Of a stretch of DNA of 64,000 nucleotides, positions 9,774 to 19,243 are shown one piece after another; position 1 is the stretch's first letter, and each line of letters begins with the position of its first letter. This DNA is from Chloroflexota bacterium. Its GTDB lineage: Bacteria; Chloroflexota; Dehalococcoidia; E44-bin15. A program made the translations under genes and the position numbers. The DNA lies in contig JAUVVB010000001.1 in the NCBI GenBank assembly GCA_030604825.1, forward strand, positions 56,702 to 120,701. The letters run 5' to 3'. The notes below the pieces were generated by a model. The model worked only from the letters and a program-made list of their open reading frames with translations. It was not told where the DNA came from and did not search any database.

Positions 9774-10391
9774 TTAAGGCGACAGGGTGAAGCTACCGAG
9801 GATTTGGTCAAATATGTCCTGGTATTCGCTCCAGTCGGCCTCCGGGGCATAGCACTTGGCGCCCCACGCGTTTAAGCCGTCTATCACATAGACCTGCTTC
9901 AGCTTCATGGCGGTGCCATCATCGGTATAGGTATAGGTGTGGAGGATGGCATCGAGGCCGTCTACCGTGGCATCGATCCCCTCATCAAGGCCGGCGTAAT
10001 CCGGGTAGTCCGGAGGGATCGTGGTTTCCCGCGCGTAGTCGAAGATGGTCCAGACATCATAGAGCCCGGGCAGCATCGTCATGCCCACGGTGATGTAGAC
10101 ATTCTCGGCGGCTGGATCGGCAATGGCAACAAAGCTCCCCCACCTCTCCACTAGCTCCGCAGACTCCTCCCAGTCCTCGGGGTAGTCGATGGCGTAGTCA
10201 TCCGCGGTATAGGTCGCCATGGTCACCGTGGGGCCGGGGGTTGGCGTGGGTGTGGGCGTCTTGCCAGGCGTCGGCGTAGGTGTGGGCGTGGGCGTCGGTT
10301 CCTCCGCAGGCCCACCACAAGCCACCGCCCCCCCCACAAGCGCTAACAGCAGAACAATAACCAGTGCAAAGGCTAACCTCTTCACTTTCAC
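9774..10391 (-). CDS. lipoprotein of unknown function with long Pro/Thr linker (paralog family A, member 3)
   Basis: Signal MKVKRLAFALVIVLLLALVGGAVAC; (TPTP)n linker; YPEDWEES and C-terminal FDQILGSFTLSP* parallel ORF 4532-5119. Confidence 0.5.
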   Translation of the reverse strand: MKVKRLAFALVIVLLLALVGGAVACGGPAEEPTPTPTPTPTPGKTPTPTPTPGPTVTMATYTADDYAIDYPEDWEESAELVERWGSFVAIADPAAENVYITVGMTMLPGLYDVWTIFDYARETTIPPDYPDYAGLDEGIDATVDGLDAILHTYTYTDDGTAMKLKQVYVIDGLNAWGAKCYAPEADWSEYQDIFDQILGSFTLSP

Positions 10392-10520
10392 CTCCTTCTA
10401 GCTCTTGATTTAGGTAAACTGTGGAAGGATATATATTCCTCCCCCAGGCTTTTATTGACACTAACATACCTTTTCAGCTTTGTCAAGCCTTTGGGACGGC
10501 CTTGCCAGAATCGCCGGAGC

Positions 10521-11081
10521 TTACCTTCCCTGAACCAGGGAAAGGAACTCAGCGCGGGTAGCAGCCTTGCTCCGGAAAAGGCCCCGGGTGGCCGAGGTGA
10601 TGATGTTGCTCCCCGGCTTCTTCACCCCCCTGATGGTCATGCACATGTGCTCCGCCTGGATGATCACGGCAACGCCATCGGGCCTGACGGCCTCCCGAAT
10701 GGCCTCAGCGATCTGGGTGGTGAGCCTCTCCTGAAGCTGGGGGCGGCGGGAGAGGACCTCCACCACCCGCGCCAGCTTGCTGGCACCGACAACAGGCCCA
10801 TTGGGGATATAGCCAATGTGAACCACCCCGAAGAAGGGGAGGAGGTGATGCTCGCACATGGAAAAGAAGGGGATGTCCTTCAGGATCACCATCTCCTGGT
10901 GCCCCTCCTCAAAGCTTACCGCTAGTTCCTCTCTGGGGTCGAGGCCCACCCCCTCGAAGAGCTCGGCGTACATCTCGGCAATGCGCCTCGGGGTACCCAC
11001 TAAACCCTCCCTTTTGGGATCCTCACCTATGGCCTCGATTATGGAGAGCACCGCCTTTTCAATCTTTGCCTGGTCCACCAA
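10521..11081 (-). CDS. folE: GTP cyclohydrolase I
   Basis: ...[16 protein letters not shown]...[22 protein letters not shown]...; start moved to GTG/TTG at 11078/11081 behind GAAAGGAGG, which follows the stop of the upstream gene; the track ORF extends to 11135. Confidence 0.8.
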   Translation of the reverse strand: MVDQAKIEKAVLSIIEAIGEDPKREGLVGTPRRIAEMYAELFEGVGLDPREELAVSFEEGHQEMVILKDIPFFSMCEHHLLPFFGVVHIGYIPNGPVVGASKLARVVEVLSRRPQLQERLTTQIAEAIREAVRPDGVAVIIQAEHMCMTIRGVKKPGSNIITSATRGLFRSKAATRAEFLSLVQGR

Positions 11082-11091
11082 TGGCCTCCTT

Positions 11092-11670
11092 TCAGCGTTT
11101 ACCGTAGACCTTTCTGTCCAGGTGTCGGATGGCATCCTTTGCTGGCATGGTATAAAGCTCCGCCCCGAGGTAAAGGGCAGGGGCGACTCGTTCTAGATCG
11201 AGCGTCTGCTCCGGGGTAAAGACATCCTCGTCGAAGTGAGAGGCAACCACCTCCCCCACAAACCAGACGTGATCGCCATAGGTTTTGTGTTCCACCAACT
11301 TACACTCGTACGAGGCATAGGCATCCCGCAACAGGGGCGCCGATGTCTTCAGCGGCTTCTCCCTGGCGATGTCAAACCGGTGGAACTTGTCCACCTCCCT
11401 CCCCGAGCTGCCCCCCACCGATGCGATGAGCTCCGCCTTCTCCACGGGCACGAAGTTTATCCCAAATTCCCCGGCCTCCACTATCAGGTCATGGGTGAAC
11501 CGCTTGGGGGAGATGGCAACCCCGTAAAGGGGAGGGGTGAAGGAAAGGGGGCAGTGCCAAGCGGCCGCCATGGCATTGTCCCTGTCCCCGGCGTGAACGG
11601 TGATGATGATGGCCACCCTCGGATAGTGGTGAAAATACTCCCCTGCGCCTTCCATGCTCACTCTGGCCAT
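11092..11670 (-). CDS. flavin reductase-like domain protein (NAD(P)H-flavin oxidoreductase)
   Basis: 192 aa; [49 protein letters not shown], typical flavin_reduct fold. Confidence 0.7.
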   Translation of the reverse strand: MARVSMEGAGEYFHHYPRVAIIITVHAGDRDNAMAAAWHCPLSFTPPLYGVAISPKRFTHDLIVEAGEFGINFVPVEKAELIASVGGSSGREVDKFHRFDIAREKPLKTSAPLLRDAYASYECKLVEHKTYGDHVWFVGEVVASHFDEDVFTPEQTLDLERVAPALYLGAELYTMPAKDAIRHLDRKVYGKR

Positions 11671-11690
11671 ATCGACCTCCTTTTCTCACC

Positions 11691-12602
11691 TTATATGGCA
11701 ACGGACAGGGCGGAGGGCAGCACCCAGAAGCTTGCCGGCGTCTCCCCTAGAAGCTCGCCGTCAGCCTGAACCAGCAGCCTCTCCACCGAGTCAACCCTGA
11801 TGCTCTTCCCCCGGTAGAGGGCAAGCTTGGGATGGGTGATGTGGGTGCCCCGATAGACCTTGGGGAAGGTCCTCAGCACCTCCAGTTTGCCCACATCCCC
11901 AATGATGATCACATCGAGAAGTCCATCACAGAGGTCGGCATCGGGGGCGATCTTCATCCCCCCTGCAAAGTAGCGCCCATTGTTGACGATGATGGAGAAG
12001 ATCCGCCTCTCCTCCCCCACCCCATCGATCTCCACGCTCACCCCCTTGTTGCCATAACCGCCAAGGGTGCGCAGCAAGCAAATCACATAGGGCATGGTGC
12101 CCTTAATCCTCCTCAGGGAGGAACGCCTGAAGCGCTCCACCACGGCGGCATCAAAGCCCAAGCCCGCGGTATTGATGAAAAGGCGGCGCACCCTTTCATC
12201 ACCCCTCCCATACTCCACAGCGCCAAGATCAATGGTGACCTCTTTGAAGTTCGAAAACAGGCGGCAGGACTGGGTATAGTTCCCCGGGATGCCCAGGCTG
12301 CGAACGGCGTCGCCCCCCGTCCCCATGCTGATGATGCCCAACGTCGTCCTGCCCTTCCCCTCCTCATCCACCAGGCCATTTACCACCTCGTTCACCGTGC
12401 CATCGCCACCCACAGCGATCACCAGCTCATACCCCTGGACCACCGCATCCCGGGCCAGCTGGGTGGCATGCCCCACCCCCTGGGTGAACTCATGGTCAAA
12501 GGAGAGGCCCGCTTCCTGAAGCAGACTTCTGATGTGGGGCCACCTCTTACCACTGAGCCCACACCGACAGGTGGGGTTGATGATTACCTTAGCCCGAGAC
12601 AT
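11691..12602 (-). CDS. diacylglycerol kinase catalytic-domain lipid kinase (YegS/BmrU family)
   Basis: 303 aa; KVIINP..., IAVGGDGTVNEVVNGL, ...GGDAV... Confidence 0.75.
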   Translation of the reverse strand: MSRAKVIINPTCRCGLSGKRWPHIRSLLQEAGLSFDHEFTQGVGHATQLARDAVVQGYELVIAVGGDGTVNEVVNGLVDEEGKGRTTLGIISMGTGGDAVRSLGIPGNYTQSCRLFSNFKEVTIDLGAVEYGRGDERVRRLFINTAGLGFDAAVVERFRRSSLRRIKGTMPYVICLLRTLGGYGNKGVSVEIDGVGEERRIFSIIVNNGRYFAGGMKIAPDADLCDGLLDVIIIGDVGKLEVLRTFPKVYRGTHITHPKLALYRGKSIRVDSVERLLVQADGELLGETPASFWVLPSALSVAI

Positions 12603-12604
12603 CT

Positions 12605-13657
12605 CTAAACCAAGCCCAAGGATTTCTCGATGGCGGCTATATCCGCGGGGAGCTCGGCGGGGGGCTGGGCAATCTCCACCGCGGTATCGGGGTCCTTAAG
12701 CCCGGAGCCGGTGATGATGCAGACCACCTTCTTGCCCTTTAGCTCCAGGCCTTGCCTTGCCACCTTCACCAGGCCAGCCACGGAGGCAGCCGAGGCTGGC
12801 TCCCCAAAGATGCCCTCAGAACTGCCCAGAAGCCGATAGGCGGAAAGGATCTCCTCATCGCTCACCGAGTCGATGCGCCCCCCCGATTCATCCCTTGCCG
12901 CCACCGCCCCCTTCCAGCTTGCCGGATTGCCGATGCGGATCGCCGAGGCCACCGTCCTGGGCTCCTCGATGACCCTCCCCTGGACAATGGGAGCAGCCCC
13001 CTCGGCCTGAAACCCCATCATCCCGGGGGTGCTCTTTGACCGGCCTGCCCTCTGATATTCCAAAAACCCCTTCCAGTAGGCGGTGATGTTTCCCGCATTG
13101 CCCACAGGGATGAAAAGGTAGTCGGGGGCATCCCCCAGGGCATCGACGATCTCAAAGGCAGCGGTTTTCTGCCCCTCGATGCGATGGGGGTTGATGGAAT
13201 TGACCACGGTGATGGGGTACCTCTGGGTCAGGGCGCGCACCAGGCTTAGTGCATCATCGAAGGAGCCATCGATGGAGATGATCTTTGCCCCATAGGCTAG
13301 AGCCTGGGCCAGCTTTCCCAGGGCAATTCCCGCCCTGGGGACGATGACCAAGGTTTCAAGTCCAAATCTGGCCCCGTAGGCCGCCGCCGAGGCGCTGGTG
13401 TTTCCCGTGGAGGCACACATGATGGCGCGGCTTCCCCCCTCCACCGCCTTGGCCACGGCCACCACCATGCCCCGATCCTTGAACGAGCCGGTGGGGTTGC
13501 ACCCCTCTAGCTTGAAGTAGAGCTCGCCGCAGCCGATCTCCTTCTCCAGCCGCTGCGACCTCACCAGGGGCGTATCCCCCTCCCCCAGGGTGATCATCGG
13601 GGTCTTTGGGGTTATGGGGAGGAACTGACGGTATCTTAATAGAACGCCTTGTTTCAT
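12605..13657 (-). CDS. thrC: threonine synthase
   Basis: 350 aa; TPLVRSQRLEKEIG...LYFKLEGCNPTGSFKDRGMVVAVAKA (PLP-lysine motif). Confidence 0.85.
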   Translation of the reverse strand: MKQGVLLRYRQFLPITPKTPMITLGEGDTPLVRSQRLEKEIGCGELYFKLEGCNPTGSFKDRGMVVAVAKAVEGGSRAIMCASTGNTSASAAAYGARFGLETLVIVPRAGIALGKLAQALAYGAKIISIDGSFDDALSLVRALTQRYPITVVNSINPHRIEGQKTAAFEIVDALGDAPDYLFIPVGNAGNITAYWKGFLEYQRAGRSKSTPGMMGFQAEGAAPIVQGRVIEEPRTVASAIRIGNPASWKGAVAARDESGGRIDSVSDEEILSAYRLLGSSEGIFGEPASAASVAGLVKVARQGLELKGKKVVCIITGSGLKDPDTAVEIAQPPAELPADIAAIEKSLGLV

Positions 13658-13659
13658 TT

Positions 13660-14388
13660 TTACCTTTTATCGCCCGGCAACCGAATTCGATTTGGGTAAT
13701 CTTTCTTGTACCTATTGATTATCCCTCCAATTTGCCTTTTTAGTTCATCCCTTTTCGTTAATAGGAAGAATATAATCTCATTGTCGGATATATATTGGCA
13801 AATCATCTGTTTGCTCCTCAACTCATTCGACCTTCTGCTAAGGTATTCTTTATGATCCTCTCTCGGAAAATGTTGGTATATCATCAGTATTGAATCTTCA
13901 TCCATACGGTCATAAAGATATTTAACTTCGCTACGTAGAAGATGCTTCTCTTTCGAATTTTGAATTTCTAATCCAATATCAGGGTCTACAAAGACCAAAG
14001 ATTTATGCAGGAATCCTTCAGGTATATTTTTGAAATAATCGCCTCTTATCCTATTATTGAAATATTCATGACCTTTATAAATACGTATTTTAAAGCCCTT
14101 TAGTTTAAAGTATTTCTCTATCTCCGTAAAATCTCTTTTATCCCCGTCTATTTCTTTGTCTATGTATGGCTTCAGAAATTCTATTAGCTCTTCGTTCTTC
14201 GTCCCTGGCCTACCAAATTCCTTAGCCCTATCAAAATCTCTCTTATTACCATCTCTTCTTCTAGGGTCATTTTTTGTTAGCATGGGAATGAAGGTAAATC
14301 CTTGTAAGGAGCCCATCTCCTTCAAAATCCGTTGAATCAAATCATACTTAAATAAATCCCTAACATCTCCAAAATATTGGTTCTTCAT
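13660..14388 (-). CDS. AT-rich, Lys-rich hypothetical protein; divergent RlmJ/DUF519-like fold candidate with non-canonical DPDI in place of DPPY
   Basis: Likely start ATG 14388 (MKNQYFGDVRDLFKYDLIQRIL; the track start is a GTG at 14412). Three co-linear RlmJ-like motifs: YFGDVRDLFKY vs HAGNxADVLKH, SLVFVDPDIGLE vs GLILIDPPYE, ILMIYQHFP vs IYALWYP. Codon usage is very different from both neighbours. Confidence 0.45.
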   Translation of the reverse strand: MKNQYFGDVRDLFKYDLIQRILKEMGSLQGFTFIPMLTKNDPRRRDGNKRDFDRAKEFGRPGTKNEELIEFLKPYIDKEIDGDKRDFTEIEKYFKLKGFKIRIYKGHEYFNNRIRGDYFKNIPEGFLHKSLVFVDPDIGLEIQNSKEKHLLRSEVKYLYDRMDEDSILMIYQHFPREDHKEYLSRRSNELRSKQMICQYISDNEIIFFLLTKRDELKRQIGGIINRYKKDYPNRIRLPGDKR

Positions 14389-14419
14389 AACTCGTTCACA
14401 TCCCCACTGCACATGTCCT

Positions 14420-15712
14420 TTAATCCTCGACCCTGATGAAGCTGGAGATTTGCTTTACCACATCCAGCTTCTCTATCTGCTTGAGCGCCCTTTGCATCGC
14501 CTGCTCCTGGGCGGGGTAGGTCATGAGCACGATCTCGGCCACATCCGCCGAGATATCGCTTTCCTTCTGGATCACCGAGGAGATGCTTATCTGGAGGTCG
14601 CCCAGGATCCTGGAGATCTGCGCCAATACGCCGGGGCGGTCATCGGTGATCATCCTGAGATAATATCTGGTCTCGATCTCCCAGATGGGCCTTATCCTCT
14701 TTGTGGGGTCAAGCCTCAGCCTGGGGGTGATGCTCACCCCGAGGTTGATCCGCTGCGCCAGATCGATGACATCGGCAACCACAGCGCTGGAGGTGGGCAG
14801 GGCACCAGCCCCCTCCCCGTAGAAAATGACCCTCCCCACCAGGTCGCCTTCCACCTGAACCGCATTATAGACGCCATCCACCTTGGCCAGGAGGAGCTCC
14901 TCGGGGATAAAGACGGGATGGACGCGAACCTCGATGGAGCCATCCTCCTCCTTGGCGATACCAAGGAGCTTTATGGCGTAGCCCAGCTCATTGGCATATC
15001 TAAAGTCATGGGAAGAGAGGCGGGAGATCCCCTCGTGGTAAACATCCTCAGGGTGAACCTGGGCGTGGAAGGCCAGGGTGGCCAGGATGGCAAGCTTATA
15101 GGCAGCGTCGATGCCCTCAATATCGTTGGCCGGGTTGGGCTTGGCATAGCCCCGCTGTTGTGCCTCCCTCAGGGCGGAGGAGAAATCCAGCCCCTCAGCG
15201 GCCATCCTGGTGAGGATATAGTTGGTGGTGCCGTTGATGATGGCGTGAATCGCTGAGATCCGGTTGGCCAAGAGGTCCTGCTTGAAGGGGGCAATGAGGG
15301 GGATTCCCCCACCCACGCTGGCCTCATAAAGGATGTCCACCTTCTTCTCCCGGGCCAAGGAGAGGAGCTCAGGGCCATGTTTGGCGATGACCTCCTTATT
15401 GGCGGTGACCACGTGCTTCCCCCTGGCCATGGCCTCCTTTATAAGCTGAAGGGCCGGGCTCTCCCCGCCGATAACCTCGATGACGATGTCTATCTCGGGG
15501 TCATCGAGGATTTCCCGCGGGTCGGTGGTGAGCAGGCGACGCTCCACCTTAAACGGGCGTTTCTTTGAGGGGTGTCGCACCAGTATCTTTCTCAGCCTCA
15601 GCGGGCAGCCCACCTGATGGGAAAGGGCCTCCGCCCTCTCCACCAGGGCCCTGGCCACCCCACCACCAACCACCCCCAAACCCATCAGCCCGATGCCAAT
15701 GCTCTGCCTCAC
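14420..15712 (-). CDS. hom: homoserine dehydrogenase (with C-terminal ACT domain)
   Basis: 430 aa; IGIGLMGLGVVGGGVARAL NAD-binding N-terminus, EGAGALPTSSAVVADV, C-terminal ACT-like region. Confidence 0.85.
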   Translation of the reverse strand: MRQSIGIGLMGLGVVGGGVARALVERAEALSHQVGCPLRLRKILVRHPSKKRPFKVERRLLTTDPREILDDPEIDIVIEVIGGESPALQLIKEAMARGKHVVTANKEVIAKHGPELLSLAREKKVDILYEASVGGGIPLIAPFKQDLLANRISAIHAIINGTTNYILTRMAAEGLDFSSALREAQQRGYAKPNPANDIEGIDAAYKLAILATLAFHAQVHPEDVYHEGISRLSSHDFRYANELGYAIKLLGIAKEEDGSIEVRVHPVFIPEELLLAKVDGVYNAVQVEGDLVGRVIFYGEGAGALPTSSAVVADVIDLAQRINLGVSITPRLRLDPTKRIRPIWEIETRYYLRMITDDRPGVLAQISRILGDLQISISSVIQKESDISADVAEIVLMTYPAQEQAMQRALKQIEKLDVVKQISSFIRVED

Positions 15713-15721
15713 TTTATCCTC

Positions 15722-16708
15722 CTAGCTAACCCGCCCCACAGCCCACTCATGTATCCTATCCAGATCGAGGTTTGGGTTTCGTTCCACCTTTTCATCCTTT
15801 TCCTGGGCAAGCCAATTATTGAACGCCCTATCCATGAGCTGCTCCCTCAACTCCTCATCCAGCGCCCGGTTCTGCTCCCGCTCCAGCACCTTTATCACCC
15901 AGTAGCCCTGGACGGTGAGGAAGGGCTGGCTCACCTCCTCCAGCTCCAGGTTGAAGGCAACCTCATCGAACGCCTTGCCCTTGATCCCCTCTGGGATCCA
16001 GCCCAGGTCGCCCCCCTCTTCCTTGGAGGCCTCATCCAGGGAGAGTTCCTGGGCAAGGGCAGCAAAATCCTCGCCCTGCTCAAGCCTTTGCATCACCGTT
16101 GCCGCATCCTCCTCGGTGGCGACCAGGATTCCCTGAACGTGAAGCTGCAATGCCTCTTGGGGAACCTGCTCCCTTAGGTATTCATCCAGCTTTGCCTGCA
16201 AAAGCTGGTACTCAAAAAACCATCGAAAATCCTCCTCGGCGAGGCCCGAGTTGGCGACGGCCTGCTGGTAGGCCTGCTCAAACTCCTCCTCCCCCACCTC
16301 TTCATCCTCGGGGAAGAGGACGCTTCTGATCTTATCGGTGACCTCCTCATCGGAGACCTCAATTCCCAGATCCTCCACCCGCTGACTCATCAGCTCATAT
16401 TGCTCCAGCATCAGCAGGGGGTAATCCCTAGGGGTCTGGGCGGAGATACCAAGTAACTCAGCCATACGGAGATAATCTTCACCGGTAAAGCTGACAGTGC
16501 GTATAGTGCCGTTCACCGTTGAAAGCCACGCCCTTCCCGGGGCAATGCTTGATGCATAATATCCATAGCCAACGATCGCCAGGATGACAACGATGGTTAA
16601 AGCAGCCAAAGAGATGAGCATCCTTCGCCGTCGCCTCTCCCTCTGCCATCGGGCGAGGCGACGCTTGGTGACCTCTCGCCCTGGCGGCGCCTTTCCCTTC
16701 CTTGCCAA
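15722..16708 (-). CDS. membrane-anchored PpiC/parvulin-type peptidyl-prolyl isomerase (SurA/PrsA-like)
   Basis: 328 aa; Arg-rich N-terminus then TM (MLISLAALTIVVILAIVGYGYY); C-terminal parvulin domain (HVQGILVATEEDAATV...VSQPFLTVQGYWVIKV). Confidence 0.7.
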   Translation of the reverse strand: MARKGKAPPGREVTKRRLARWQRERRRRRMLISLAALTIVVILAIVGYGYYASSIAPGRAWLSTVNGTIRTVSFTGEDYLRMAELLGISAQTPRDYPLLMLEQYELMSQRVEDLGIEVSDEEVTDKIRSVLFPEDEEVGEEEFEQAYQQAVANSGLAEEDFRWFFEYQLLQAKLDEYLREQVPQEALQLHVQGILVATEEDAATVMQRLEQGEDFAALAQELSLDEASKEEGGDLGWIPEGIKGKAFDEVAFNLELEEVSQPFLTVQGYWVIKVLEREQNRALDEELREQLMDRAFNNWLAQEKDEKVERNPNLDLDRIHEWAVGRVS

Positions 16709-16776
16709 GTCAAGCTCCGTTTTCGCCCCGATGGTGGGGATTTAAACTGGCGGAGATGCACAGGGGAGCTAATCCC

Positions 16777-17079
16777 TTAGACCAACCCCCCGGTCTTGCG
16801 GATATGGGCCGGGGTAAAGGGCAATAAGGCAAGATGGCGTGCCCGCTTCACTGCCATCGCCAAAGCCCGCTGGTGCTTGGCACAGGTTCCCGTCCTGCGC
16901 CGGGGCAGGATCTTGCCCCGGTCCGAGATATAGCGACGAAGCAGCGAGGGGTCCTTGTAATCGATATCCTCCGCCTTAGCCACGCAGAAGGAACAGACCT
17001 TGCGCTTTGGGATATACCTCCTGGCTCCCTTCCTCGCCTTTGCCTTCTGGGACTTCGAAGTCACTTTCCTACGAGCCAA
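16777..17079 (-). CDS. rpsR: 30S ribosomal protein S18
   Basis: 100 aa; KVCSFC...[50 protein letters not shown]. Confidence 0.9.
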   Translation of the reverse strand: MARRKVTSKSQKAKARKGARRYIPKRKVCSFCVAKAEDIDYKDPSLLRRYISDRGKILPRRRTGTCAKHQRALAMAVKRARHLALLPFTPAHIRKTGGLV

Positions 17080-17094
17080 ATGATCTTACCTCCC

Positions 17095-17505
17095 TTAGAA
17101 GGGGAGCTCCTCCGGCTGCACTTCCTCCTCCGGCTGCACTTCCCCCTCCCCCTCCTCAGGGAGCGGGGCAGCAGCGGGGCGATCCAGGAAAATCACCCGG
17201 TTGGCCACGATCTCGTTAGTGAACCTCCTCTGCCCATCCTGCCCCTCCCAGGTACGTGTTCTAAGCCTGCCCTCGATATATGCCCGCCTTCCCTTAGCCA
17301 AGAACTGGTTGCAATTCTCCGCCAGCTTGCTCCAGGTGACAACGGTGAACCATTCCGTCTCCTGCCTTCTTTCCCCCTCAGGGGTGGTATAGGTTCGCGT
17401 GGTAGCGATACGAAAGGAGGTAACCGGATTCCCGCTGGGGGCAAATCTCATCTCGGGGTCGGTTCCCAGATTGCCAATGACCATAACCTTGTTCAAACTC
17501 GCCAT
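17095..17505 (-). CDS. ssb: single-stranded DNA-binding protein
   Basis: MASLNKVMVIGNLGTDPEMRFAPSGNPVTSFRIATTR OB-fold; acidic C-terminal tail ...EELPF. Confidence 0.9.
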   Translation of the reverse strand: MASLNKVMVIGNLGTDPEMRFAPSGNPVTSFRIATTRTYTTPEGERRQETEWFTVVTWSKLAENCNQFLAKGRRAYIEGRLRTRTWEGQDGQRRFTNEIVANRVIFLDRPAAAPLPEEGEGEVQPEEEVQPEELPF

Positions 17506-17519
17506 CTCACCCGCTCCTT

Positions 17520-17810
17520 TCAGGATTCACTTATCCTCACCAGCAAATGGCGCATAATCTCATCGGAGAGCTTCAAGCTTGCTTCCAGATCCGCGGTCAA
17601 ACCTGGCTCCATCTTGAACTGGGTCAGAACGTAATTACCTTCCATGAACTTCCCTATGGGGTAGGCAAGCTTTCTTCTACCCCATTGATTCACCTCGCTA
17701 ACGGAACCACCCCTTTCAGTTATAAGTCGATCTATCTTCTCTAAAGTGGCAGGGATCTCCTCCTCAGCGACCTCGGGGCTGATGATCAATACCAGCTCGT
17801 AGTCCCGCAA
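17520..17810 (-). CDS. rpsF: 30S ribosomal protein S6
   Basis: Start moved to TTG 17810 (MRDYELVLIISPEV) behind GGAGG; the track ORF begins 17 codons earlier; rpsF-ssb-rpsR gene order. Confidence 0.85.
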   Translation of the reverse strand: MRDYELVLIISPEVAEEEIPATLEKIDRLITERGGSVSEVNQWGRRKLAYPIGKFMEGNYVLTQFKMEPGLTADLEASLKLSDEIMRHLLVRISES

Positions 17811-17863
17811 CCAGTTGCCTCCATTTTTGGCAATTATACATGAAAAAGCCAATGGCAACAAGG

Positions 17864-19108
17864 CTAAGGGCCTAAACCAGGCACGGGGAAAGCGCTGGAG
17901 ATCTCTGCCACCTCTTGGCGCACCTCCTCATATGCCTTCTCCTCGCCGATGTTGGTGAGAACCTTCACCATGAGTGGGGCAATACGCCTCATCTCATTGG
18001 CACCAAAGCCACGGCTGGTCACCGCAGGGGTGCCCAGCCGGATGCCGCTGGCAACCTGGGGGGGGCGAGAGTCGAAGGGTATGGCATTCCTGTTGACGAT
18101 GATCCCCACCGCCTCCAGCACCTGCTCCGCCTCCTTTCCCGTCAGCCCCATCTCGGAGAGATCGACCAGGATGAGATGATTGTCCGTCCCCCCGGAGACG
18201 AGGCGAAGCCCCCCTCGCTGAAGCTCGGCGGCCAGGATGCGGGCATTCTCCACCACGGCTCGCTGATAGCTGGCAAACTCCGGCCTCATCGCCTCGCCAA
18301 AGGCAACTGCCTTCGCTGCGATGACATGCATCAGTGGACCACCCTGAACCCCGGGGAAAACCGCCTCGTCCAGGCGGGAGGAAAACTCCGCCTTTGACAA
18401 CAAAAAACCACCCCGAGGCCCTCTCAGCGTCTTATGGGTGGTAGAGGAGACGATATCGGCATGGGGAACGGGGCTGGGGTGCACCCCGGCAGCCACCAGC
18501 CCTGCCAGGTGAGCGATGTCCGCCATCAACCGGGCACCCACCAGGTCGGCGATGTGGCGAAACCGTTCAAAGTCGATGATCCGGGGATAGGCGCTGGCGC
18601 CAGCAACGATGAGCTTTGGCCTATATCTTAGCGCCAGCCTTTCGATCTCCTCATAGTCCAGCCGCTCCGTTTCCCGGCTCACCCCATAGAGGATGAAGCG
18701 ATAGAACCGCCCCGAGAAATTGACCCCGCTGCCATGGGTGAGGTGCCCACCATGGGACAGCTTCATCGCCATCACCGTATCGCCCTGATCCAAGAGGGCG
18801 AGGTATGCCGCCATGTTGGCCTGGGCACCGCTGTGGGGCTGGACATTGGCATGCTGGGCACCAAAAAGACTCTTCGCCCTCTCCCTGGCTATCTCCTCCA
18901 CCAGGTCAACCTCGCTGCAGCCCCCGTAGTAGCGATGCTGGGGGTAGCCCTCGGCGTACTTATCGGTGAGCACCGAGCCCATGGCCTCCAGAACCGCCTT
19001 GCTGGTGTAGTTCTCGGCAGCGATGAGCTCGATATTACTCCGCTGCCGCAGCTCCTCACGGCAGATCGCCTCACCAATCTCAGGATCGCTCCTATCTAAA
19101 ACACCCAT
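17864..19108 (-). CDS. glyA: serine hydroxymethyltransferase
   Basis: 414 aa; [30 protein letters not shown]; [12 protein letters not shown] (PLP-Lys). Confidence 0.9.
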   Translation of the reverse strand: MGVLDRSDPEIGEAICREELRQRSNIELIAAENYTSKAVLEAMGSVLTDKYAEGYPQHRYYGGCSEVDLVEEIARERAKSLFGAQHANVQPHSGAQANMAAYLALLDQGDTVMAMKLSHGGHLTHGSGVNFSGRFYRFILYGVSRETERLDYEEIERLALRYRPKLIVAGASAYPRIIDFERFRHIADLVGARLMADIAHLAGLVAAGVHPSPVPHADIVSSTTHKTLRGPRGGFLLSKAEFSSRLDEAVFPGVQGGPLMHVIAAKAVAFGEAMRPEFASYQRAVVENARILAAELQRGGLRLVSGGTDNHLILVDLSEMGLTGKEAEQVLEAVGIIVNRNAIPFDSRPPQVASGIRLGTPAVTSRGFGANEMRRIAPLMVKVLTNIGEEKAYEEVRQEVAEISSAFPVPGLGP

Positions 19109-19119
19109 TACGACTACCC

Positions 19120-19154
19120 CTTAAAAAGAAAGCCACGCAACCCCGTGGCGTGGC
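19120..19154 (-). terminator. intrinsic terminator (minus strand) of the upstream hypothetical gene, immediately 5' of the glyA RBS
   Basis: Minus-strand RNA GCCACGC-cacggggtt-GCGUGGC followed by UUUCUUUUUAA, then AGGGG-n8-AUG of glyA. Confidence 0.5.
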
Positions 19155-19243
19155 CCCCTTGAACCATCTCCGCTGCTCTTCCCCTACAGGCTTTGCCACC
19201 CCTATGCCCGATCCAACGATTCCCTCCCCGTTCATAGGATAGT

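Noticed and set aside
10219-10401. ORF encoding (GVGV)n polypeptide
   Set aside because: It is the antisense reading of the (TPTP)n linker of the lipoprotein gene 9774-10391.
19109-19243. ZTP (pfl) or glycine riboswitch upstream of glyA
   Set aside because: The leader lacks the conserved ACUGGC / CCACCGGG / CCGCCUGGGC blocks of ZTP and the GGAGAG...ACCGAAGGGGC core of glycine aptamers. I keep only the generic attenuator observation.
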